Source: a virus. From it: a DNA stretch of 54,260 nt. Under the pieces are notes generated by a model. That model was not told the DNA's origin and did no database searches. It worked only from the letters and a program-made list of their open reading frames with translations. Shown here in pieces: positions 42,306 to 49,123 of this stretch. The stretch lies in the IMG/VR virus record IMGVR_UViG_3300044461_000032. One strand, given 5' to 3'. Each line of letters starts with the position of its first letter. Position 1 is the stretch's first letter. A program made the translations under genes and the position numbers.

Positions 42306-42704
42306 ATCAAGGTCGAACTGTTCTGTATTTGCAATCACGCGTTCGCTGACTCCAGAAAACAACCTTGCCTTGTTGGTATCATCGACGTCCTTCAGGTCCG
42401 CGGGTTTCCTGCTTCCCATGCGATCTTGTCCGTCGCGGCCATTCTCCGGACTACACCACACGCTGTCCTCACGTTGAATATTCAGTTCGGGGCGTCTATC
42501 GCCGACCTTATGCGTGAGTCTGGCGCGTTCAAGATTGAAGCGAACGTGAACGGATTGGTGTTTGTTCCGTTTCACATGCCTCAACTTCGATTCGACGAAG
42601 CCGGAGAGTATGTCGCGCGACTGATTGACCTCAACGACGACCACTACATCATGGCCACGAAATACATGCGCGTCATAGGCCCTCCGTCGAAGCCAGCGGC
42701 TTAG
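42306..42704 (+). CDS. Passenger ORF, ~132 aa beta-rich protein. No canonical start codon lies next to its protein-like N-terminus
   Basis: The C-terminal 130 aa of track ORF 42003..42704 look protein-like (IKVELFCICNHAF..GIIDVLQVRGFPASH..). The upstream part of that ORF is low-complexity and overlaps the transposase. Confidence 0.35.
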   Translation: MKVELFCICNHAFADSRKQPCLVGIIDVLQVRGFPASHAILSVAAILRTTPHAVLTLNIQFGASIADLMRESGAFKIEANVNGLVFVPFHMPQLRFDEAGEYVARLIDLNDDHYIMATKYMRVIGPPSKPAA

Positions 42705-43636
42705 TTGTAGAACTTGTCGGCGGTGTTCCACAACGGATAGTCCAGGCCTAAATAGCAGAGCGGGCCTTTCGGCATCACGTAGACCTCACGATTGTGCGCA
42801 CGTCGCGGGATGTGTTGGCTCGTTACGAACTTCCAGAGCACGTGCCGGTTCACGCCAGCCCATCTGCCGTCGTCATCTGGGCGAACGATAGCGCGGGCAG
42901 AATGTCGCATGTCGATCTTGCCGTCACGAATACAGTCGAGTGTGGTCTTCGCATGTTCGTAGGCGATGAAGTCGCTAGCCTGGAATGGAAGGCAGTAGTG
43001 AATGTCGCCCTGATCGTCGGTCCATCGTTTCTTACAGAACACGGGATCAACGGGTAGCTTCAGGGCTGCTAACTGTTTGCGAAAGTCGGCCTGCTCGTTA
43101 TCTCCCTTCTCGAAGAAGAACAAGAGCGGCTCACGAAGTTTGCTACTCTCTCGCCACTCCATCGTTAGCATGATCGCCGACAGCGCGGCCATGCCGTACG
43201 GCGTCCCAAGGGTTTCTTCAATACGAAATCGTTCGTTGAACCAATCGTACGTGTGAAGGTCCACGGTGATCCCGACGGAACGATGGGTGTGATCGTTGAT
43301 GGCAGTGGAGATGGCCTTAATAAAGGCCTGTCTGGTAGGTTCCCATTTCTTGTCTTTCCACTTAGCGAACTCACCTTCGCACTGGGCGAAATGGCTCATA
43401 TGGAATTCGGCGATACCGAACTCCTTTAGCACCGTCGGCCAGACTTTCTCGAAATCGGCCCATTGATCCTCATGGGCGATATAGCCGCTGACTGAAAGCA
43501 CACTAATGCCCGGATCCCTCGCGGACCCGCTAGCGTCGAAGTAGGCTTTAAGCACAGCTATCCAACATCGTTGCGACCCGAGACAACCCCTTGCAATACT
43601 CTTGAATAGCGAACCGCGAGGTGATCGTTTAGTCAC
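42701..43636 (-). CDS. Passenger protein, tentatively DUF3800-like, 311 aa
   Basis: GTG at 43636. ..LKAYFDASGSARDPGISVLSVSGYIAHEDQWADFEKVWPTVLKEFGIAEFHMSHF.. Visibly lower GC than the phage backbone. Confidence 0.45.
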   Translation of the reverse strand: MTKRSPRGSLFKSIARGCLGSQRCWIAVLKAYFDASGSARDPGISVLSVSGYIAHEDQWADFEKVWPTVLKEFGIAEFHMSHFAQCEGEFAKWKDKKWEPTRQAFIKAISTAINDHTHRSVGITVDLHTYDWFNERFRIEETLGTPYGMAALSAIMLTMEWRESSKLREPLLFFFEKGDNEQADFRKQLAALKLPVDPVFCKKRWTDDQGDIHYCLPFQASDFIAYEHAKTTLDCIRDGKIDMRHSARAIVRPDDDGRWAGVNRHVLWKFVTSQHIPRRAHNREVYVMPKGPLCYLGLDYPLWNTADKFYN

Positions 43637-43676
43637 GATACACCCCCGGTCGTGATGTGTCTAGTATATTGTTGCC

Positions 43677-43684
43677 GGGCGTTC
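43677..43684. repeat. Target-site duplication GGGCGTTC (right copy, IS element 2)
   Basis: See 41054..41061. It overlaps the stop codon of gene 43683..44024. Confidence 0.85.
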
Positions 43685-44024
43685 ACCGCTCCCCCTTCAC
43701 GAGTGATGTGCTCTGTCCGTAGTCCGACTGCCGATCGGTGGCCCCCAGGCGCGGCGGCGCCGTTCGGGATCGGTATGGGCCTCGCGCCCGAGCCGGCGGT
43801 CCTGCCGTCTCAACTGGATATTGCGTAGGAGGCACCCAATGCGAGAGTCGTTCGATCTCGCTGTCCACTTCGCGATGTAGTCGGCCAGCATCTGCATAGA
43901 GAAAGTCCTCCGGATAGGGGTCACGCTCGCCGCGCGCGAAGGCCCATCCCACGATCCGATCGACGATTGCGAACACCATCCAGGTCACGAGCAACACGAG
44001 CACGAACGCGGCGAGAAACGTCAT
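43683..44024 (-). CDS. Membrane-anchored protein (N-terminal TM helix), 113 aa
   Basis: MTFLAAFVLVLLVTWMVFAIV.. Confidence 0.5.
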   Translation of the reverse strand: MTFLAAFVLVLLVTWMVFAIVDRIVGWAFARGERDPYPEDFLYADAGRLHREVDSEIERLSHWVPPTQYPVETAGPPARARGPYRSRTAPPRLGATDRQSDYGQSTSLVKGER

Positions 44025-44125
44025 CACGCCGCGGCCTTTCCTTTACACTTCGGAAAGTGTCCGCTCGGGCCATACATCTTACTGAGAGAAACTTTCTTGC
44101 CGCATTTAGAACAAACGATCGTCAT
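44024..44125 (-). CDS. Small peptide, 33 aa (below the ORF-track cutoff)
   Basis: MTIVCSKCGKKVSLSKMYGPSGHFPKCKGKAAA. Coupled to neighbours at both ends. Confidence 0.35.
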   Translation of the reverse strand: MTIVCSKCGKKVSLSKMYGPSGHFPKCKGKAAA

Positions 44126-44346
44126 TGGATGTCCAAGTCGTTAGAGACAACATCATCAGGGATTCGCTTGAGGGAATCACACAAACAGAGGCCCCCGTTA
44201 TCCATCACAACCAGTAGACCGAGCCGCTCACCGAGATCTTCCAGCGTGAAGCCGTCGATGTCCCCGACTTCTCCGTCGACATATCCGTTCAGGACTGCTC
44301 TGGCGAAGCGCCTCAGCATCTCTAGCTCTCCGGCCTTACGAGTCAT
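44122..44346 (-). CDS. Hypothetical acidic protein, 74 aa
   Basis: ATGA overlap upstream. Confidence 0.5.
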   Translation of the reverse strand: MTRKAGELEMLRRFARAVLNGYVDGEVGDIDGFTLEDLGERLGLLVVMDNGGLCLCDSLKRIPDDVVSNDLDIQ

Positions 44347-44459
44347 TCGCTAAACCACTGATCCATCGCCTTGAAGGCGAGGGCAAACACCGTGACGACG
44401 ATGAGCGCCCCGCCAATCACCACCACGAGCATCGACACGGCGCCCCAGAACGTGCCCAT
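44343..44459 (-). CDS. Single-TM peptide, 38 aa (below the ORF-track cutoff)
   Basis: MGTFWGAVSMLVVVIGGALIVVTVFALAFKAMDQWFSE. Confidence 0.4.
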   Translation of the reverse strand: MGTFWGAVSMLVVVIGGALIVVTVFALAFKAMDQWFSE

Positions 44460-44764
44460 TAGACATGCCCCCGTAACAGCGCTTCCGTGATGACGCCCTC
44501 GGTCACGCTGGCATAGCGCCCGGGTTCCACGCGGAGACGCGCATCGCTAATTTCACCAAACGGATAGTACGTCTGACCGTTATCGAGAGAATACACGCGA
44601 TAACACGCCTCCACCCACGTCGCAAAGGCTTCTCGGTCGAAGGCATACAGCTTCAATGGCCGCATGAAACCAAACTTCTTCGCGGCTTCATCAATCGTCC
44701 CATCGCGAGGCACGCAGAAGTCCGCCCCGTCCCAGTCGTGGTCGAGCGCCACGCGCCAACTCAT
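44459..44764 (-). CDS. Hypothetical protein, 101 aa
   Basis: Clean ORF. Confidence 0.5.
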   Translation of the reverse strand: MSWRVALDHDWDGADFCVPRDGTIDEAAKKFGFMRPLKLYAFDREAFATWVEACYRVYSLDNGQTYYPFGEISDARLRVEPGRYASVTEGVITEALLRGHV

Positions 44765-44786
44765 CGGGCGCCCCAGAAGGTGTTCA

Positions 44787-45014
44787 TCACGCAGTTTTCG
44801 ATCGAGAGAAATACTTGGCAGCTCTAGGAGCCTTGCTCCACTCTGGCTCGACGCCGCCGCTTTGTAGCCATCCGTTCAACGCATCTCGGAGTTCACGCAG
44901 GCGGCGCACGGCTCGATTACTTCTGGTCTTTGCTCGCGTCAACGTAAGAATCCAGTCCTGTTCCTGTAGGTTTACATCTGGGTTCATTTGCTTGGTCATA
45001 GTGCCCTCGGGCAA
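44787..45014 (-). CDS. Hypothetical protein, 70-75 aa (alternative ATG at 44999)
   Basis: The TTG at 45014 or the ATG at 44999 could serve as start. Confidence 0.45.
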   Translation of the reverse strand: MPEGTMTKQMNPDVNLQEQDWILTLTRAKTRSNRAVRRLRELRDALNGWLQSGGVEPEWSKAPRAAKYFSRSKTA

Positions 45015-45027
45015 GTGACGTGCTCTT

Positions 45028-45039
45028 AAGTGATCACTT
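45028..45039. promoter_or_regulatory. Perfect 12-bp palindrome AAGTGATCACTT in a 20-bp intergenic spacer
   Basis: Read directly from the sequence. Confidence 0.35.
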
Positions 45040-45159
45040 GTCCATCCTATCGAGACGTAAGTTGGCGAACGCGCCCAGGAAGCAACCGAACGCTGCGATG
45101 AATCCAGGAGTGTTTCCGCTGTAGAAGTACAGCCCGCAGACGATCAGCCATATCGCCAT
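45034..45159 (-). CDS. Small membrane peptide, 41 aa
   Basis: MAIWLIVCGLYFYSGNTPGFIAAFGCFLGAFANLRLDRMDK. The remainder of track ORF 45034..45378 overlaps the upstream gene. Confidence 0.35.
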   Translation of the reverse strand: MAIWLIVCGLYFYSGNTPGFIAAFGCFLGAFANLRLDRMDK

Positions 45160-45179
45160 ACCTGAGGCGCTGAAGAACC

Positions 45180-45518
45180 TCACGACTGACGCTCCGGACA
45201 CGTCAAGTGCTCTTGGAGCAGGATGTTCCCCGTGCGCTCGTTCCGATGCTGGCGGTAGTAGGAGCCCGCCGCGATGGGATGCTCGCACTTGAAGCACAGC
45301 CGCTTCACTTCCTCGCGCCAACGGTTGCACCCGATGTGATGACACTTCGGATCCGCGCAGACGATGGGCCACTTGCACACCGGCATCAGCATCGGGGGCG
45401 ACATGAAGACACCGGGACGGGTGACCATGTCACGCCGCCGCAAGCCAGCCGAGCCGATGTCGTAGGCACAGAATGACCAAGTCTGCCTCTGTGCGCACCC
45501 AATACCGCTGTGTGCCAA
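45180..45518 (-). CDS. Cys/His-rich protein, up to 112 aa (start uncertain)
   Basis: ..CKWPIVCADPKCHHIGCNRW..CFKCEH.. Confidence 0.45.
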   Translation of the reverse strand: MAHSGIGCAQRQTWSFCAYDIGSAGLRRRDMVTRPGVFMSPPMLMPVCKWPIVCADPKCHHIGCNRWREEVKRLCFKCEHPIAAGSYYRQHRNERTGNILLQEHLTCPERQS

Positions 45519-45552
45519 TCGTGATGTGCATGTGACTTATCCTCAGTAAGTC

Positions 45553-45804
45553 TTATCGGTCGCTGTCGGCTGACGCTGTAGGGTTGACAATCGCCCAGAG
45601 CACCCACCCGAAGAGTTCTGGGTTCGGCTCAATCTCTTCCGGTGCTATCTCGCAGCATGTAAACCAGCCGTCGCGCTCCCAGACGCCGCACGGGGCACCA
45701 TTGCGATCCGCGAAGGTCTGCGCCGCCGCGATGGCCGCGCCTTCGAGGACGGTCAGGTCATGGCCGAAGGGCGTCACGAGCGTCGTGGACAAGGCCGTGG
45801 TCAT
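45553..45804 (-). CDS. Hypothetical protein, 83 aa
   Basis: ATGA overlap upstream. Confidence 0.5.
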   Translation of the reverse strand: MTTALSTTLVTPFGHDLTVLEGAAIAAAQTFADRNGAPCGVWERDGWFTCCEIAPEEIEPNPELFGWVLWAIVNPTASADSDR

Positions 45805-46010
45805 GGCTGCGCCTCAATGATGGTCGTGGTGGTGATGCGCTGCAGGCCGAGACGCCGCAGCATCTTGTCCGACATGGCCCGCTTGCCGTGCAGGACATCG
45901 TGCAGGTAGCCGCGACTGACGCCAATCGCCCGAGCGGTCTGGGACTGCGACCCGTGCGCGTCAATCATGCGCTTCAGCCGCTCCATGGGGTCCGTCTGTT
46001 TCGCTGGCAT
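45801..46010 (-). CDS. Small helix-turn-helix DNA-binding protein, 69 aa
   Basis: ATG at 46010. ..GSQSQTARAIGVSRGYLHDVLHGKR.. Confidence 0.55.
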   Translation of the reverse strand: MPAKQTDPMERLKRMIDAHGSQSQTARAIGVSRGYLHDVLHGKRAMSDKMLRRLGLQRITTTTIIEAQP

Positions 46011-46011
46011 G

Positions 46012-46215
46012 TCAGACGTCCAGCCCGACGAACTGTGTCGCAAGCACTCGTGTCGGCGTGTCCGCGAGGAATAAACAGATCGAGGTGTAGGCATCGCCGA
46101 GCATGTCGGCCGCCACGCCGAGCTGGAGCTTCAGCCGGCCGACGTCCGTCAACGTGATCGTGCTCTCCAGTGGATTTAGTTTCCAGTCGACGAGGACGCC
46201 GGAGAAGTATTTCAT
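46012..46215 (-). CDS. Hypothetical protein, 67 aa
   Basis: ATG at 46215. Confidence 0.45.
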   Translation of the reverse strand: MKYFSGVLVDWKLNPLESTITLTDVGRLKLQLGVAADMLGDAYTSICLFLADTPTRVLATQFVGLDV

Positions 46216-46481
46216 CGGACGTCCTGCTCCTGCACTTCCTGCTGCCCGACGACGAACTCCTGCCGCACCGTCAGGAACGGCTTGTTGTCCTCGTCGTCGT
46301 GTTCGTCCGCCCACTCCTCGGCCCAATAGAACGGCGTGTTGATCGTGGTGGCGGACCCGGCCGGCACAGGAGCCCCGAAGCCCTTCGCGGAGATGTGCGC
46401 GCGCACGATGGACGCGACCTCGCCGCGGGTCAGCTCGAACGTGCGCAACTCCAGTCGCCCGTAGTGATTCCTGAATTTCAT
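46212..46481 (-). CDS. Hypothetical acidic protein, 89 aa
   Basis: ATG at 46481. Confidence 0.45.
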   Translation of the reverse strand: MKFRNHYGRLELRTFELTRGEVASIVRAHISAKGFGAPVPAGSATTINTPFYWAEEWADEHDDEDNKPFLTVRQEFVVGQQEVQEQDVR

Positions 46482-46891
46482 CAGTCCCTCAGTTTGATGG
46501 CGCGCGCCGCCGGTGGCTCGACGGTCTTCGTCGGCGCGTCGCGATGAGTGTAGGCCTCGCAGGCACACCACGTGCCGTTCGTGTCCCGATAGACGCAGGC
46601 GCCGCCGTTGGACTTGTGATTCGCATCGAGATGGCCACACGCGCAGACCTGGACGCCAGGCCGCGCCGTGCTGACGTTGAGGACGTGCTCAGCCGTCGGC
46701 ACCCGCCGCACCTGCACGGGATACGAGAACGTCCGACCCGTGCAGTCACACGCGCTGTGTATCTGCTCGCCCTCCCACTCTGGGAAGTCCTCAGCGATCA
46801 CGGCGTCAACCGTGCCAGCCGGATACACCCGCCACACGCGGCCAGATTCGCCGTTCGCCTTCGATGGATAAAACGTCGCGTTCATTGCCAT
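46481..46891 (-). CDS. Cys-rich protein, first gene of the early operon, 136 aa
   Basis: The ATG at 46891 lies 6 nt downstream of a -10 box, and there is no Shine-Dalgarno sequence. Confidence 0.55.
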   Translation of the reverse strand: MAMNATFYPSKANGESGRVWRVYPAGTVDAVIAEDFPEWEGEQIHSACDCTGRTFSYPVQVRRVPTAEHVLNVSTARPGVQVCACGHLDANHKSNGGACVYRDTNGTWCACEAYTHRDAPTKTVEPPAARAIKLRD

Positions 46892-46897
46892 GGCGAG

Positions 46898-46951
46898 ACT
46901 GTAAACCCGTCAGCGTGCAGGCGTCAAGCACTATTCACATACAAAGTGCTT
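46898..46951 (-). promoter_or_regulatory. Sigma70-type promoter TTGACG-N18-TACAGT with leaderless geometry, overlapped by a 7-bp inverted repeat
   Basis: Minus strand: AAGCACTttgtatgtgaatAGTGCTTGACGcctgcacgctgacgggttTACAGTctcgccATG. Confidence 0.55.
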
Positions 46952-47056
46952 ATGAATGCCTGAGAATGTATCTCGGCCGGGAATGCGCCACGAACCACGC
47001 AGCCGGGGCAACGGCGGCTCAGCGGTCAGCGCGCACTCGCCGGCCTTCTGGTGGGG

Positions 47057-47545
47057 CTACTTCTCGCCCGAGAACTGCGCGGCGGTCGCTTGCGCCTTCT
47101 CGATCTTCTCCAGGCGCGGAATGATTTGCAGTTGCATGACGCGGTTGAACTCGCCGCGGGTAATCGTGAGACTGACGCGGTCGTTCAGGCCCTTAGCGGT
47201 CGTCGCCAGCGCGGCGTTTTCGTTCATCAGGGCTTGGACCGTGCCCGCGAGTTCGGTTGTCAGGGCGTCCTGTTTTTGGGTGTTCTCTTCGAGCCCCTTG
47301 ACGATCGCCGCTGTCTGGTCGCTGGCTTCGAGCCGCACCTGCACGTCTCGGTATTGCACGCCCAGAAGCCAGATGAGTTGAATGGCATTCCCAATCGCCA
47401 GGAACGTCCACATGATGCGCCCTGGCGTGATGAGCTTGGTCAAGTAGTCGGCCCACGGCTCGCCATTCTTCGTGAGGCTTTGCTGGTGCTTGAGGGCCTT
47501 GAGCAGCTCGGCGACGAGGACGCGGTTATCGTCTGATGGGGCCAA
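47057..47545 (-). CDS. Membrane-anchored coiled-coil protein, 162 aa (last gene of the late operon)
   Basis: TTG at 47545 preceded by AAGGGAG. TM segment ..MWTFLAIGNAIQLIWLLGV.. followed by a coiled coil. Confidence 0.5.
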   Translation of the reverse strand: MAPSDDNRVLVAELLKALKHQQSLTKNGEPWADYLTKLITPGRIMWTFLAIGNAIQLIWLLGVQYRDVQVRLEASDQTAAIVKGLEENTQKQDALTTELAGTVQALMNENAALATTAKGLNDRVSLTITRGEFNRVMQLQIIPRLEKIEKAQATAAQFSGEK

Positions 47546-47723
47546 TGGGACTCCCTTGTTCGACCAAGTCTCGCGCCGGGATCCGTCGTGTCGTGAAACT
47601 GTGAATCGGGCCGATGAGATCGGACGTCGCGTGCGTCGGCGCGGAGACATCGCAGGATAGCAGCCCCACGATGGCCCAGTTGCACACAAACAGCAGCCAG
47701 AGCGTGCGAATCTCGGGCGTCAT
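47526..47723 (-). CDS. Small membrane protein, 65 aa
   Basis: ATGA overlap with the tailspike stop. MTPEIRTLWLLFVCNWAIVGLLSC.. Confidence 0.45.
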   Translation of the reverse strand: MTPEIRTLWLLFVCNWAIVGLLSCDVSAPTHATSDLIGPIHSFTTRRIPARDLVEQGSPIGPIRR

Positions 47724-49123
47724 CCGATATACCCGAAGGCCGTTTCCGTCGGCACCGACGTTGGCGAGCCGCCAGGCGACCCGCCGCTCCCGTCCTGATG
47801 CTGGAGCGCTCCCCGGTCGAGATAGCCCGCCCCGCCCAGGTCCAGCACGCCAGGGTAGCCGGTGCCGCGCGCCTCAGCCCCGCCGCCGAAGGTGTTATTC
47901 AGCGAGAAGTCTTGCCCCGCCGCGTCGGTGAAGAACGTCGACGTCCCCGTGACGTAGTCATAGTTCCGGTTGCCGGCGGGATTCGCGATCGAGGTTTCCC
48001 CGCTCCCGCCATTCGTGAACCCCGCACAATTCACCATGAGGTTGTGGATCGCCGTGCTCCCGGTCAGAATGTAACTCCACCCGGCGTTATCCTCAGCGAT
48101 GCAGTTCTGCAGGATGCACACGGCGTCATCGAGACGGAATCCGTCACGGCCGTTGTTGTAGGCGATACACCCCTCGAGGCGGCAATCCGACCCATCGACG
48201 AAGAATCCGTCAGTCGTCGCGCCGGTGTTGCTGTCCGCAATACACCTGGTGGCCCCGTTCGCAATGGCAATCAGGAAGCCAGGGACCGAGTTGTTGTAGG
48301 CGATGCAATCGGTCGCCCACCCCCCTTGCTGGCTCCCCAACTCAAACGCAGCGCCCGCCGTCGTGCAGCCCGTCGCAAAGCACTGCACGTAATTCGTGAC
48401 GTTGTCATCGAAGCCGGAGTTGGTGCAGTTCATCGCCCCGCACCTGTAGACCAACCCCCGACAGGCAAACCCGCGACTACTCGTCAGCGAGGCCCCGTCG
48501 ACGTTGATATTGCGATAGGTGCACCGGGCCGGCGATCCGCTGAAGAAGGTGAAGGTGCTAATCCCGCTGGCCTGCAAGAGCGGCCGCGTGCCGAGATCGC
48601 CCCGGGTCGTTTGGTAGCCTTCCCAGCCCACGCCAGACGCGGCACTCACGCAGCCCGCCGCGACGTTCGTGGATGCCGAGGTCACGGTGTAGGTGCCCGC
48701 TTTGATGTAGACGTATTGCCCCGCCACCAGCGCGATCGCCCCCACCCGCCCCGGCGAGGCGAGTGCCCCGCCGATGTTCATCGTCATCCCCGTCGAGGCC
48801 GCAATGCTCGCGTCAATCGTGATCGACGTCGTGCTCGCCCGCGCGGTGACTTGTCGCGCGACGGCGGCAATTCCGCCCGTCCCGCCCTGGAGATAAATGA
48901 TGTTCCCCACAATCGTCGTCTGAAAGTTGGCCGTCGCGCTCGTGAGGGTGGTCGTCCCGTTCGCCACGGCATCGGTCGTTGAGATGTCGGTCACGTCGCC
49001 GCCCGTGCGCTTACCCGCCACGAGGGAATAGTCGGTGCCGGCGGCGCCCGTCACGAAGCCGCCGCCGTTGGTGTCATCGCCCCCGGTTTGCACTTCGAAG
49101 ACGGTATTGAGCGAGAGGGCCAT
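47720..49123 (-). CDS. Right-handed beta-helix tailspike/depolymerase-like protein, 467 aa
   Basis: ATG at 49123. Repeated coils: ..CIAYNNSVPGF.., ..CIADSNTGATTDGF.., ..CIAYNNGRDGF.., ..NCIAEDNAGWSY.. Confidence 0.65.
   Translation of the reverse strand: MALSLNTVFEVQTGGDDTNGGGFVTGAAGTDYSLVAGKRTGGDVTDISTTDAVANGTTTLTSATANFQTTIVGNIIYLQGGTGGIAAVARQVTARASTTSITIDASIAASTGMTMNIGGALASPGRVGAIALVAGQYVYIKAGTYTVTSASTNVAAGCVSAASGVGWEGYQTTRGDLGTRPLLQASGISTFTFFSGSPARCTYRNINVDGASLTSSRGFACRGLVYRCGAMNCTNSGFDDNVTNYVQCFATGCTTAGAAFELGSQQGGWATDCIAYNNSVPGFLIAIANGATRCIADSNTGATTDGFFVDGSDCRLEGCIAYNNGRDGFRLDDAVCILQNCIAEDNAGWSYILTGSTAIHNLMVNCAGFTNGGSGETSIANPAGNRNYDYVTGTSTFFTDAAGQDFSLNNTFGGGAEARGTGYPGVLDLGGAGYLDRGALQHQDGSGGSPGGSPTSVPTETAFGYIG

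Larger units (their letters stand above)
41062..43676 (+). mobile_element. IS1595-family element with passenger genes (2,615 bp)
   Basis: Inverted repeats GGTAACAATATACTTGACACATCACG (left) and GGCAACAATATACTAGACACATCACG (right, reverse complement). Flanked by an 8-bp duplication. Carries a full-length transposase plus 2-3 cargo ORFs of visibly lower GC. Confidence 0.8.

Noticed and set aside
42033-42731. A 232-aa minus-strand ORF inside IS element 2.
   Set aside because: Its translation is Arg-rich and low-complexity. The opposite (plus) frame gives a protein-like C-terminal 130 aa, so the plus-strand ORF was preferred, although its start is unresolved.
39896-43676. Four copies of the AATATACT(T/A)(G/A)AC motif, considered as a phage promoter or operator family.
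   Set aside because: They occur as two inverted pairs that each enclose a transposase gene, and each pair is flanked by a perfect 8-bp direct duplication. That is the signature of IS ends. The TTGAC boxes are probably the transposase promoters.
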